Source: Bacteroidales bacterium (lineage in GTDB: Bacteria > Bacteroidota > Bacteroidia > Bacteroidales > UBA932). Taken from it: 64,000 nucleotides of DNA. The notes below the pieces were generated by a model. That model searched no databases, was not told the DNA's origin, and saw only the letters and a program-made list of their open reading frames with translations. A program made the translations under genes and the position numbers. Where the stretch lies: NCBI GenBank assembly GCA_017553545.1, contig JAFZKT010000072.1, forward strand, positions 3,690 through 67,689, written 5' to 3'. Of the stretch, positions 38,971 through 48,565 are shown in pieces (the stretch's first letter is position 1; every line of letters starts with the position of its first letter).

Positions 38971-40166
38971 CTTTTGAAAACTAATGCGGTGTTATGGCCG
39001 CCAAAGGCCGAATTAATCTTGAGAATATGCTTTATGGGCAGGTGCAGGGGCTGACCCTGAACCATGCGGAAGGGGGCTTCCGGATGCGGTGTCTGGAAGT
39101 TTACGGTGGGGAGCACCACCTGATTCTGCAGTGAATACACCACGCCCAGCATCTCCACGGCCGTGCAGGAGCCAATCATATGGCCCACCTGGCCTTTCAT
39201 CGAGTAAGCGGGGATTTCCTTCAGACGCTCGCCGAAAACGCGGTAGAGGGCGTTGTATTCGGCCGGAGCGCACTTGATGGTGCCCGTTCCGTGCAGGTGG
39301 ATGCAGTCTATCTGTTCCGGGCGCAGACCGGCCTCATCCAGAGCTTCCTGAATGGCCATGGCAGCCGTCTCGCCCGAAGGTTCCGGATCCGTCACAGAAT
39401 AGGCATCCAGGGAAGAACCATAACCGATTACTTCGGCCAGGGGCTCCACACCCGGGGAAAGCCGTGCGGAATCCTCCATCAGCATTACAACGGATGCTTC
39501 TCCCAGCACCGTACCGCTGCTGTGAAGGTCGCAGGGACGGCATTTCACGGGCGAAGGCTCGGAGCTGCGTGTCAGCGCCCCCAGGGCCGAAAAACCCAGA
39601 TAAGCCCCCGGCGAAATCATCGAATCCGAGCCGCCGGTGATGACAGCATGGGCCAATCCCCTCTTCATCAGACGCCAGGAAAGACCGATTGCGTGCGCAG
39701 AGGCCGTGCAGGCCGATGCAAACAGGTGACACCCGGCTCCGAACTGCCAGCGGGTGGCCACCTCACGAATCTCGTCCCGGATATTATGGAACAGACCTTT
39801 TCCCAGCAGCGGGGAAAGCGAAATGTCCTCCGCGGTCATGCAGTTCTCCAGTTCGAAATAGTCGATGCCCGTGCCCAGATTCAGCATCCGCTGCGAAGGC
39901 GCATAGCGCTCCGTAAAAGCGGTTGCCTGGGACAATTCCTTCAGGGAACGCTCCAAAAACAGGATTTTGCGGTTCACGCCGACGGGCGTCCGTACCACTT
40001 CCCCATTCTCCCGGATTTCTCCGGCGGCCGTGTACGGATAACCGTCCACCGGGAAGTTCTGGATGTCGTCAATCCGCGGCTCCCCGCTGCGAAGCGTCTG
40101 AAGACTCTCCGCCAAACTGCATCCCAGCGGGCTGCAGGCGCCAAAACCGGTGATTACTGCGCCCAT
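38958..40166 (-). CDS. FabF-like beta-ketoacyl-ACP synthase
   Basis: Catalytic triad intact: SACTAS (Cys), HGTGT (His), KGQVGH (His); NSAFGGHN. Confidence 0.88.
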   Translation of the reverse strand: MGAVITGFGACSPLGCSLAESLQTLRSGEPRIDDIQNFPVDGYPYTAAGEIRENGEVVRTPVGVNRKILFLERSLKELSQATAFTERYAPSQRMLNLGTGIDYFELENCMTAEDISLSPLLGKGLFHNIRDEIREVATRWQFGAGCHLFASACTASAHAIGLSWRLMKRGLAHAVITGGSDSMISPGAYLGFSALGALTRSSEPSPVKCRPCDLHSSGTVLGEASVVMLMEDSARLSPGVEPLAEVIGYGSSLDAYSVTDPEPSGETAAMAIQEALDEAGLRPEQIDCIHLHGTGTIKCAPAEYNALYRVFGERLKEIPAYSMKGQVGHMIGSCTAVEMLGVVYSLQNQVVLPTVNFQTPHPEAPFRMVQGQPLHLPIKHILKINSAFGGHNTALVFKRWER

Positions 40167-40720
40167 TGCCGGAAGAGTTCTATGGCCGGGGCGTCGCTCC
40201 CGAGGAGCGGATGGCCGGCCAGTTCGGACGGATTAACCAATGCGAAACCCGCCTCTACGCTGTCGTCGGCGTGCAGATAACCCGCACCCATCAGGACAGG
40301 ACCCTCTCCGGGCGCCGTCAGCGCGGCATAGAGCAGGGCCGATGCGGAATCTACGATGAAGTTGTTGTCTCCGGTGAGGTTGTTCTCGATGGAAACAAAG
40401 CAGGGCACCATATTCCGCATCATCTTGAAGTTGACGGGCGGCGGAGTGGCCAGCAGGAAACGCTGTGCATCGAACACATGGTCCGGATAGGCGTCCAGTT
40501 TTTCGAAAACCTCCTCCAGGAACTCCAGGTTCTCCACATAGGCCGATGCATAATAGAAAGGAATGTGTGGTGGAAGTGACTTTCCATCCAGCAACTCGCC
40601 TGCCGTGAGTACCGCAGCCATCGCCTCCCGGGAGTAATACTTCAGGAGTTTGCGTTTTTTTAAACGCCCGGCTACCGGAATGTCCTCTTCCGGCGAAAAG
40701 CGGCGGTACAGGCTTGTCAT
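40154..40720 (-). CDS. Truncated ketosynthase N-domain protein (mini chain-length-factor-like)
   Basis: RKLLKYYSRE and PP..FKMMRNMVPCFVSIEN.LTGDN resemble the KS N-terminus; no catalytic Cys/His; 188 aa. Confidence 0.6.
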   Translation of the reverse strand: MTSLYRRFSPEEDIPVAGRLKKRKLLKYYSREAMAAVLTAGELLDGKSLPPHIPFYYASAYVENLEFLEEVFEKLDAYPDHVFDAQRFLLATPPPVNFKMMRNMVPCFVSIENNLTGDNNFIVDSASALLYAALTAPGEGPVLMGAGYLHADDSVEAGFALVNPSELAGHPLLGSDAPAIELFRQWAQ

Positions 40721-41190
40721 TTTATGATTTTGGCGTCACGGACGGCGAAGCGCATCAGGGCGTCCGACTCCTCCTGCATCTTGGGGTCCAGGATATCCAG
40801 GAAGGTGAACAGGAGTTCCCCGACGGCGCAAAGGCGGCCGTCGTCGCGGGTGGCCTTCACTGTTACCACGCCGTATTCGTCCGGGTACAGGCATTTTACA
40901 TCGGCCCGGTAAATCAGGCGGTCTCCCGGGGTGACCATCTCACGGAACTTCACCTTGTTCACGATGGAAAGGGCGGCCCTGCGGGGCTCAGAGCCCATTT
41001 CCTTGCGGCAATACTCCAGGAACATCCCGGAGAGTTGGGCCATTCCCTCGATGATGAGCGTGCCCGGGAAGATGGGGCAGCCGGGGAAATGCTGGTCAAA
41101 GACGTCATTGTCCAGCGACACGCATTTGACGCCCTCGACGTATTTGCCGGGGCACATCACGGTCACTTTATCTACCTCATAGAAACGCAT
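40717..41190 (-). CDS. FabZ-like hydroxyacyl-ACP dehydratase
   Basis: FDQHFPGCPIFPGTLIIEGMAQ, VKFREMVTPGD. Confidence 0.88.
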   Translation of the reverse strand: MRFYEVDKVTVMCPGKYVEGVKCVSLDNDVFDQHFPGCPIFPGTLIIEGMAQLSGMFLEYCRKEMGSEPRRAALSIVNKVKFREMVTPGDRLIYRADVKCLYPDEYGVVTVKATRDDGRLCAVGELLFTFLDILDPKMQEESDALMRFAVRDAKIIK

Positions 41191-41564
41191 CAGGCGGCCA
41201 GTTTTTTATGGATGATGACGGCAAGATTGTGCACCGTGAAGACGTTGAAGACGTCCTTGGTGGTCTGACCGGCGGCGAACTGGTGGGAATCATAGTCCCG
41301 GTTCAGTTTTTCGGCCATTTTGGCGGTGAGACGGCCGTCGTCCGGCGTTTCACCGTCCACTACGCTGGCCATCATCAGTTCTTCAATCTTGATTTTGACC
41401 CCGAATACGGTTTCGATCATGTAGAGAATCTCCACATAGTCAATGCTCTCCGCGCCCAGATCGCGTACCAGGGCGCTGTCCGGTTTTACATCTTCCACGG
41501 AGTCCAGACCCAGGATGGGAACCAGTTCCTCCGAGAGTTTCTTTTCGATTTCCTGTATTTGCAT
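41190..41564 (-). CDS. Long (124 aa) acyl carrier protein
   Basis: DLGAESIDYVEI phosphopantetheine-Ser motif; IETVFGVKI; about 40-aa insertion before FTV. Confidence 0.85.
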   Translation of the reverse strand: MQIQEIEKKLSEELVPILGLDSVEDVKPDSALVRDLGAESIDYVEILYMIETVFGVKIKIEELMMASVVDGETPDDGRLTAKMAEKLNRDYDSHQFAAGQTTKDVFNVFTVHNLAVIIHKKLAA

Positions 41565-41580
41565 CGGGTTGCCTTTTTTG

Positions 41581-41599
41581 CAAAGATAATGTATATTTG
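41581..41599. promoter_or_regulatory. Back-to-back divergent Bacteroidota -7 boxes (FAS-like operon / lipoprotein)
   Basis: CAAAGATA 41581-41588 (minus-strand TATCTTTG) and TATATTTG 41592-41599. Confidence 0.65.
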
Positions 41600-41620
41600 C
41601 AAGTGAATCAAGTCCCTCCG

Positions 41621-42010
41621 ATGAAAAAGTGGCTCATCATCCTTTGCTTTGCGGCGCTCGCTTTCGCGGGTTGCCGGAAGGAGGAGCCGCGCTCCTATCA
41701 GGGCACCTGGAACTATCTGGATTCCACGCCGGATCTGGGCCCCGCCTATGCGGACTCCTGGGTGAAGGTGGACAAGAACTACAATTACAGTTTCTACGAC
41801 GCTCCCAGCGGGAAAACCGTGGAAGGTGGAAACCAGGATTTCACGTACGAAGGCCTTAACATAACGCTCTCTCCGGCTGCCAAATACGAGTTCCCCTCCT
41901 TCACGTTCAAGCTTACGCGGCTGAAGGACGATCTAATGGTTGTAGAAACCTATGACCTGGGCGAAGGCAATCCCACTACCATCCGTTTTTCGCGAGTAAG
42001 CGTATATTGA
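41621..42010 (+). CDS. Small lipocalin-like lipoprotein
   Basis: Lipobox FAGC, YQGTW motif, beta-rich. Confidence 0.7.
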   Translation: MKKWLIILCFAALAFAGCRKEEPRSYQGTWNYLDSTPDLGPAYADSWVKVDKNYNYSFYDAPSGKTVEGGNQDFTYEGLNITLSPAAKYEFPSFTFKLTRLKDDLMVVETYDLGEGNPTTIRFSRVSVY

Positions 42011-43013
42011 CCCAGGTGAGGATGCCTCCCTCTATGATGAGGGCCAGCACGTTTACCCACACCCCTGCCAGGGAGAAGCCCCGGAGGGCGATTTTCCAGG
42101 CGGCGTCGGATACCCAGAAGAAAGGATTCACAAAACGCGTCGCCGCCCAGAAGGGCGTCATATTGTCCACGGGCGCGAACATCGTTCCCAGCAGCATCAG
42201 CACGAAGAAGGCGAAAATAAGGCTGTAGATGGTCTGGATGAGGGTTTTGCTCAAGGCCGCCATCAGCACGCCCAGATTGATGATGCAAAAGAGGAAGCAG
42301 GCGCTCAGCAGCACGAAGTCAAGCACCGGCCCGGCGATGGCGTATCCGAAGACCAGGCGGCCGATAATGAGGCCCAGCGCCAGTTCCACCAGCGTGACCA
42401 GCACGAAGAACGACAGTTTGGAAAGCACGTACAGGCGGGGTTTCATCCCCACGCTGCGGTAATATTCCAGCTGGCGGTTCGTCTTCTCATTAATGATGGA
42501 AATGCCCGCCAGACAGCAGCCGACGATGGCCATCAGCAGCACCAGCATGGCAGTCAGGTAATAGTGCGTATTGCCCGTTCCGCTGATGAAGAGCTGATGG
42601 AGCTGGATGGGATTCTCCGCCGGCGGATCCAGTTGCCGGCCGATGTAATAGGCGGCATCCTGTGCCAGCAGGGCGTGGGAGGCGTCGGAGAGAATCTGGT
42701 ATTCGCCGTCGGGTGAAATGAGTACGATGGCATCGGTCTTCCCGTTATCCATCAGCGTCTGCGCATCGGCTATGGAAAGGGACTGGAAGGCCGTCATCTG
42801 CGGATTCGCGTTCAGGCGAAGCGTCACTTCCCTGCCCTCTTCTGAGTGGGTTTCGTCCACCACGGACACCGTGAGCGCCATCTTGTTTTCCAGACCGAAG
42901 GGCACCAGGCCGACGACGACCACCGGGCACAGCACCAGCAGGCCCATCAGAACCGGCGTACGCAGTAACTGGAGCGCATCCTTGAACATCATATGAAAGA
43001 AGGCACGCATCAT
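41976..43013 (-). CDS. ABC-2 exporter permease (YbhR-like)
   Basis: VVDETHS, IINEK...LE, multiple TMs, NPFFW...IALRG. Confidence 0.82.
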   Translation of the reverse strand: MMRAFFHMMFKDALQLLRTPVLMGLLVLCPVVVVGLVPFGLENKMALTVSVVDETHSEEGREVTLRLNANPQMTAFQSLSIADAQTLMDNGKTDAIVLISPDGEYQILSDASHALLAQDAAYYIGRQLDPPAENPIQLHQLFISGTGNTHYYLTAMLVLLMAIVGCCLAGISIINEKTNRQLEYYRSVGMKPRLYVLSKLSFFVLVTLVELALGLIIGRLVFGYAIAGPVLDFVLLSACFLFCIINLGVLMAALSKTLIQTIYSLIFAFFVLMLLGTMFAPVDNMTPFWAATRFVNPFFWVSDAAWKIALRGFSLAGVWVNVLALIIEGGILTWVNIRLLAKNGW

Positions 43014-44098
43014 CTGGGAACGGTTCTTTTAAAGCCGGGAATGGCAAAGACGAGGGCCAGCAGGGTTTCCGCCACCAGCGTGAGGATATAGGGCAGGTTC
43101 TGCATCAGCCCCGTGCCCTTGAAGGCAATGTTCCGGAAAGCGGTGATAAATGCCGTTCCGGGAAGCAGTTCCGCCACATCCCGCACGGCGCCTTCCATGG
43201 AGCTGAGCGGGAAGACGAAACCGGAAAGGAAGACGTTGGGAAGGAACAGAATCACCCAGCTGAGGATGAGTACGTCCAGCGGACGGTCGAACCAGGCGGC
43301 GATGAGGATGCCCAGGGCCATACAGCAGAAAATATAGAGGAACTGAATGGCGAAAAACAGGCCCAGGGAGCCCATTACCTCAATGTCGAAGTGAATACAG
43401 ACTCCATAGAGCATCGCCACGTGCAGCAGCGAAATGGCGATGAACGGAATGGTCTTGCCCAGCACGATGCGCCCCATTCCCAGCTGCGTCACGCTGAGGA
43501 GCCGCCAGCTCCCCTGGGATTTCTCCCGGTTGATGCTGGTGCCCAGCACGATGGCGTTCACCAGGATGAAAATGAGCATCATCAGGCCCGTGACGGAGTT
43601 GTAACCGTGCTTGAGAGACGGGTTGTAAATGTACCGGGTGGGGATTTCCTTGATTACCTGGGCCGATGGCAGCGGGTTTTCATCGGCCGCAAACTGCCCG
43701 ATCACTTTGCTGATCTGGGTTTCCACGCTGCGGCCCAGCATGGTGTTGGTGGCTTCCACGAAGAGGTGGATGCCGTCGTCGGCGTACATTACCACTGCGC
43801 GGGTGTTTCCGCGCGAGAAGGCGGGCTCGATGTCCTCTATCCGGTCCACGCGGCCGCAGACATAGAGGACGGGATTGGCGTCCAGCCGGGCGAAGAGGCG
43901 CTCCGCCTGCGCGCTGTGGGTGGCGTTGAACACCTGGATGTCGTGGTGATGCACCTGGAAAGAGAGCGCATAACCCAGCATGAGCACCAGGAAGGCCGGC
44001 ATCAGGAACAGCAGCAGAAAGCTCACCTTGTCCCGGAACAGGTGCCGGAACTCCTTGACAATCACTGCACGAAGCATCTGTGAACCGGGCTTTCTCAT
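43010..44098 (-). CDS. ABC-2 exporter permease (YbhS-like)
   Basis: KEFRHLFRD, YNP, SINREKSQG, LSGFVFPLSSM. Confidence 0.85.
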   Translation of the reverse strand: MRKPGSQMLRAVIVKEFRHLFRDKVSFLLLFLMPAFLVLMLGYALSFQVHHHDIQVFNATHSAQAERLFARLDANPVLYVCGRVDRIEDIEPAFSRGNTRAVVMYADDGIHLFVEATNTMLGRSVETQISKVIGQFAADENPLPSAQVIKEIPTRYIYNPSLKHGYNSVTGLMMLIFILVNAIVLGTSINREKSQGSWRLLSVTQLGMGRIVLGKTIPFIAISLLHVAMLYGVCIHFDIEVMGSLGLFFAIQFLYIFCCMALGILIAAWFDRPLDVLILSWVILFLPNVFLSGFVFPLSSMEGAVRDVAELLPGTAFITAFRNIAFKGTGLMQNLPYILTLVAETLLALVFAIPGFKRTVPR

Positions 44099-44769
44099 GC
44101 GCGTTTGAAATAGGCCAGTAAATCCTCTTCAGAAGCCGCCACTTCACGGGGCGCGCCGGAGGCTATCAGTTTTCCCGCGCTCATCAGGCTCAGGCGGGTG
44201 CAGTAATAGGCTTCGTCCAGATAATGCGTGCTCACGATGACGCCCGTGCCCTGGGCGGCTCTTTCGCGGATCATCTTCCACAGCCGGCGGCGGGACAGGG
44301 AATCCAGGCCGCTGGTGGGTTCATCCAGGATGAGCACCCTGGGTTCCGGCAGGATGGCCACGCAGAAGGAAAGCGCCTGCCGCCAGCCGGTGGGCAGGTA
44401 TTTCACTTGCCGTCCCCTGTAAGCGTCCAGTTTCAGGCGGGCCGATATATCCCTGGCGCGGTCCTCCGTCTCTTTGCGGGAAAGGCCGTACAGAGCCCCG
44501 TAGAAACGGATATTCTCTTCCGGCGTCAGTTCCTCGATGAGGGAAAAGCCCTGGCACATATAGCCGGGGCGGCCCTCCACCTGAATGGTGCCAGCATCCT
44601 GCGGAATAAGGCCGCAGAGCATGCGTATGAAGGTGGTCTTGCCCGCGCCGTTCGCACCCAAAAGGCCCAGCACTTCGCCGGCTTCCAGGTCCAGCGAAAG
44701 CCCGTCCACCGCCTGGATGGAGCCGAAGCGTTTGTAAACGCCTTTCGCCGATAGGACAGTCTGGCTCAT
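44095..44769 (-). CDS. ABC transporter ATP-binding protein
   Basis: GANGAGKTT, LDEPTSGLD, STHYLDEA; start MSQTV. Confidence 0.88.
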   Translation of the reverse strand: MSQTVLSAKGVYKRFGSIQAVDGLSLDLEAGEVLGLLGANGAGKTTFIRMLCGLIPQDAGTIQVEGRPGYMCQGFSLIEELTPEENIRFYGALYGLSRKETEDRARDISARLKLDAYRGRQVKYLPTGWRQALSFCVAILPEPRVLILDEPTSGLDSLSRRRLWKMIRERAAQGTGVIVSTHYLDEAYYCTRLSLMSAGKLIASGAPREVAASEEDLLAYFKRA

Positions 44770-45512
44770 TGCGTGGACAGGACGTGGATGAAGATATCCT
44801 CCAGGGTGCGTTCGCCCGTATGGCGGACGGGCCCCTGCAGGGGGACGTTTTCGTATTGGGCCATCACTTCCGCAGGGGAACCCCACAGGAGTTTCCGGCC
44901 TTGGTGCAGGAAAAGGACCTTCTGGGCCCAGGCGGCCTCATCGATGTAATGGGTGCTGATGAGGATGGTTACGCCTTTATTTCTAAGGTCAAATAACGCA
45001 TCCCAGACGTCGTGGCGGGACTGCGGATCCACGCCCAGTGTGGGTTCATCCAGGAGCAGCACCGTGGGCCGGTGCACCAGCGCGCAGAGGATGGTGAGTT
45101 TCTGCTTCATGCCGCCGGACATGTTGCCGGCGCGAAGGTCCGAAAAGGGCTTCAGGCTGTCCCAGAGGCCGGGCGCCAGGTCTCGGATGGGGTCCGGACT
45201 GCAGTTGTAGGCGCGGGCGAAGAAGTCCAGGTTTTCCCGGACGGTAAGGTCTGCGTACAGGGAGAATCGGCCCGGAACATAGCCCATGTGGGCGCGCACT
45301 TCCCTCACCTGCTTCCGTAGGTCATAACCGCCCACCAGGCCCTCTCCTACGAAGAAGGGGTCCACGGTGGCCAGAATGTCGAAAAGGGTGGATTTGCCCG
45401 CGCCGTTGGCGCCCATCAGGGCCACGATTTCACCGGGTTCCGCCCGGAAAGATACATCGTGCAGGGCCTGATGGCGTCCGAAGAACTTGTTTATGCCACG
45501 GACTTCGATCAT
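44766..45512 (-). CDS. ABC transporter ATP-binding protein
   Basis: GANGAGKST, MSGGMKQK, LDEPTLGVD. Confidence 0.9.
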   Translation of the reverse strand: MIEVRGINKFFGRHQALHDVSFRAEPGEIVALMGANGAGKSTLFDILATVDPFFVGEGLVGGYDLRKQVREVRAHMGYVPGRFSLYADLTVRENLDFFARAYNCSPDPIRDLAPGLWDSLKPFSDLRAGNMSGGMKQKLTILCALVHRPTVLLLDEPTLGVDPQSRHDVWDALFDLRNKGVTILISTHYIDEAAWAQKVLFLHQGRKLLWGSPAEVMAQYENVPLQGPVRHTGERTLEDIFIHVLSTQ

Positions 45513-46399
45513 TTGTAAATCTCCGCGGGCATGCCGGGCTTCAGCGGTCCGGCTGCGGGAACGTCGATGCGGATGCGGTACACCTGCCGGGTGCGGGAAT
45601 CCCGCGTCATCACGCGGTTGGGCGTGAATTCGGCTTCTTCCGCGATGAAACTCACGCGGCCGTAGGTCTCAAACAGACCGCCGTCGGGGGCGTCCGTGCA
45701 GACTTTGAGGCTGTCTCCTAGGGAGATGCCGGAAAGGGTAACGGCGTCCATCCAGGCATCTACATACAGATTGTTGTAGTCCGTGAGCTTGAAGATGGGC
45801 TGCCCGGCGGCCACATATTCGTGCAGATGCATGTGTACGCGCGTGACAGTGCCGTTTTCGGGATTCTCGATGCGGCAGCGTTTAATCTGGTCCTGCAGGA
45901 GCGTCGCCTGCGACTGCAGGGATTCGATGTTTGCGAGGATGGCCGATGTCTGCTGCGACAACTGCGAGGAAGAAGCCGTAATCTTACTGTCCAGCACGAA
46001 GAGTTGGTCGTCCACTTCCTCCATGTGTTTGGCCGATGCCGTTCCGGATGCCACCAGAGGCTCCAGCCGTGCTTTTTCACGCTGCAGGGACTTCTTTTGC
46101 CGATAAAGCACCTCCAGTTGCTTCCCTACGTCCGGCAGGGTGGCCCGGAGGGATTTCACCTGGGTCTGGAGGGCGTCCAGTTGCAGCGCCAGGTGCGAGG
46201 TGTCCAGCTGACAGGCGAGACTCCCCTTCTGAACGGTCATCCCTTCCTCCACGTTCAGCTCTACAATCTGTCCGGGCTGGGAAGCGGCGATCTGCCAGCC
46301 GTAGGCGTCCAGGATGCCGTATGCAACGGGTTTTCCCGAGTTGCCGCAGGAGACAAGCAATAGTGCCGTCAGGCACAGTATGACAGGCTTTTTCATCAT
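45509..46399 (-). CDS. HlyD-family periplasmic adaptor (YbhG-like)
   Basis: Lipobox LVSC, coiled coil, EAEFTP, LKPGMPAE. Confidence 0.88.
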   Translation of the reverse strand: MMKKPVILCLTALLLVSCGNSGKPVAYGILDAYGWQIAASQPGQIVELNVEEGMTVQKGSLACQLDTSHLALQLDALQTQVKSLRATLPDVGKQLEVLYRQKKSLQREKARLEPLVASGTASAKHMEEVDDQLFVLDSKITASSSQLSQQTSAILANIESLQSQATLLQDQIKRCRIENPENGTVTRVHMHLHEYVAAGQPIFKLTDYNNLYVDAWMDAVTLSGISLGDSLKVCTDAPDGGLFETYGRVSFIAEEAEFTPNRVMTRDSRTRQVYRIRIDVPAAGPLKPGMPAEIYK

Positions 46400-47676
46400 A
46401 GGGTGGAAATGAAACGGTCCCGGCGCAGCCGGAGTTGAAGGATAAGGGTGGCGTTCAGTTCGCTGTCCAGCCGGGCCGATGACAGCTGCTCCAGCGCCGT
46501 CAGGTAATCTGAAGCCGGCACTCTCCCCTGCTGCGTGAGCTTATCCAGTTCTTCGCAGAGGGCCTTGTATTTCTCTACGGTTTCCTGGCTCCCTTTCAGC
46601 AGGGCCTCGTATTTGGCTATCTGGCTGTCGAACTGCTGCAGGGCGGCGCTCTTGTGTTTGTCGGCCTCCTCCCGGCGGATTTGCAGGGCTTCGGCGGCGC
46701 TGTCCAGCATTTTGTTCCGGTTACTGACGTCCCGCCAGTCCGAAATGGGAATCTGGAGGGTGACGCCAACTATGCCGTAGAAGTTGGGATTATTGTCGAA
46801 GAAATTCAGCTGCCACTGTCCGTAGCCCACAGAACCGATGGCTTTTACACTGGGCAGGGCGCTGGCACGGGAAAACTCTTTCTGCAGTTCAATCTTCCTG
46901 AGTTGAAGGTCCAGGCTGGCAAGGGCGGGGTCTTCCGCATCTTCCAGGAGGGCTTCCAGCTCCGGTTTTTCCAGCGGCGTATCTTTGGTGATTTCCAGGC
47001 CGGTGAGAAGCGCCAGGGCCTTGGCGGCGCCTTCCACTTCTGCATCATTTCCGGCGATACGGGCCTCCAGGGCGGCGATTTTTGCTTCCACCTCCAGCAC
47101 GGCGTTGCGATACACTTTACCGGCGTCGAAGGCTTCTTGTACATCCTTTAATTTAATGGTGACGGCCTGGAGCTGGCTCTGCAGGATCTCACTGCCGGTT
47201 TTCCCCAGCAGTACGCTCAGGTACAGGTTGTCCACCGCCTGGTCCAGTTCCATGGCCTGCCGGTCAATGGTAAGCAGGTCCAGATCCCGGTCCACTTCAT
47301 CTATCTGGGCGGCCAGTTTCTTCCGTCCGCCGGAATACAGGGGCAAGGCAATGCCGAAGCCGGCGTGATACTGGAACTGGGAAACGGGATGGATCACAAA
47401 GGGGAAATCCGTTAAGTTGGCGGGATTGGGGGTATCCGACTGGTAGGAGATGTGGCCGTAGGCGCCAGCCTTCATCTGATATGGGCTCTGGGCCAGTTTT
47501 TTCCCGGCGTCACGGTTGTCTTCCGCGTTCTGCTGGAGGACGTCGATCCTTCCCGCCTCACGCGCCGCCTGGCGACATGCCTGAAGCGTGAGGGGTTCAC
47601 CGGCCCAGGCCGGGAAAGCCCACAGCAGCAGGACAATCAAGGTTAATCCTGTCTTTTTGAAGATTACTCTCGCCAT
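46396..47676 (-). CDS. TolC-family outer-membrane efflux protein
   Basis: Signal peptide, LPLYSGG, GVTLQIPI, helical repeats; start MARVIF next to -7 box at 47682-47689. Confidence 0.82.
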   Translation of the reverse strand: MARVIFKKTGLTLIVLLLWAFPAWAGEPLTLQACRQAAREAGRIDVLQQNAEDNRDAGKKLAQSPYQMKAGAYGHISYQSDTPNPANLTDFPFVIHPVSQFQYHAGFGIALPLYSGGRKKLAAQIDEVDRDLDLLTIDRQAMELDQAVDNLYLSVLLGKTGSEILQSQLQAVTIKLKDVQEAFDAGKVYRNAVLEVEAKIAALEARIAGNDAEVEGAAKALALLTGLEITKDTPLEKPELEALLEDAEDPALASLDLQLRKIELQKEFSRASALPSVKAIGSVGYGQWQLNFFDNNPNFYGIVGVTLQIPISDWRDVSNRNKMLDSAAEALQIRREEADKHKSAALQQFDSQIAKYEALLKGSQETVEKYKALCEELDKLTQQGRVPASDYLTALEQLSSARLDSELNATLILQLRLRRDRFISTL

Positions 47677-47775
47677 ATGTGCAAAGATAAGATTTTTTCC
47701 GCATAAGTATTTGATTAACGGATAAAAAAACATACATTTGCAAAACGGCAATAATCAACTAAACCTATAAAAACT

Positions 47776-48498
47776 ATGAAAAAGGCTCTCGTTCTTCTCC
47801 TGGCTTGCCTGATGGCAGTGAATGTTTCCGCCCAGAAGGCCAAAACTTCGTCCTCCGCCAAGAAGACCACCACCAAGACAACCACCACCAAGAAGAGCAC
47901 TTCTTCCAAGAAGAAGAGCAACGATGGTACCATCAGCAAGGGCACCATCTTCTTGAACACCAACGCCACCAACATCAGTTTCAACAACTTCTCCTATGGC
48001 TCGAAGAACGGTAGCAGCACCAGTTCCATTACCCGCTTCGGCCTGCAGGCTACCGGCGGCTATGGCCTCGCCAATAATCTGGCTGCCGTGGGCGGCCTGG
48101 GTTTCCAGTATGGCAAATCCGGTGACAGCTCCCTCACCGTCTTCTCCTTCAATGGCGGTGTCCGCTATTATGTGATTCCCAACCTGTACGTCAGCGGTAT
48201 GGCAGTACTGGGAACCGTCAATATAGGTGGCGCCGACAAAATCGACCTTGGTGACGATGACGACGATGATAGCGGTTCCGGCGGTTCCGGAAGTTCCGGC
48301 AGTAGCAGCAAGAACTCCTCGATGAAGGGTCACTCCTTTGGCGTGGACCTTGGCGTAGGTTATTCCTGGTTCCTCACCCCCAGAATTGCCATCGAGCCCA
48401 ATATCTCCTACAGCATCGGTATCTCCAATAAAGTGGAGGATGCGGAATTCAAACTCAATTCCCTTACCTTCAACATCGGCTTCACCATCCTGCTGTAA
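47776..48498 (+). CDS. Outer-membrane beta-barrel protein with low-complexity K/T/S and D/S/G segments
   Basis: Signal peptide VSA|Q; GGVRYY, GVGYSWF, IEPNISY; C-terminal IGFTILL. Confidence 0.75.
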   Translation: MKKALVLLLACLMAVNVSAQKAKTSSSAKKTTTKTTTTKKSTSSKKKSNDGTISKGTIFLNTNATNISFNNFSYGSKNGSSTSSITRFGLQATGGYGLANNLAAVGGLGFQYGKSGDSSLTVFSFNGGVRYYVIPNLYVSGMAVLGTVNIGGADKIDLGDDDDDDSGSGGSGSSGSSSKNSSMKGHSFGVDLGVGYSWFLTPRIAIEPNISYSIGISNKVEDAEFKLNSLTFNIGFTILL

Positions 48499-48517
48499 GC
48501 CTTTTCATGGATTGACA

Positions 48518-48549
48518 GACGGCGCCCTTCCCCGGGTGCCGTTTTTTTT
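48518..48549 (+). terminator. Intrinsic terminator
   Basis: ACGGCGCCC-ttcccc-GGGTGCCGT followed by a T-run. Confidence 0.8.
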
Positions 48550-48565
48550 ATATCTTTGCAAAGAA

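Noticed and set aside
38272-41564. Flexirubin/aryl-polyene cluster or housekeeping fab operon
   Set aside because: Lacks the accessory genes of pigment clusters and lacks fabD/fabH; the ACP and KS are atypical of housekeeping AcpP/FabF
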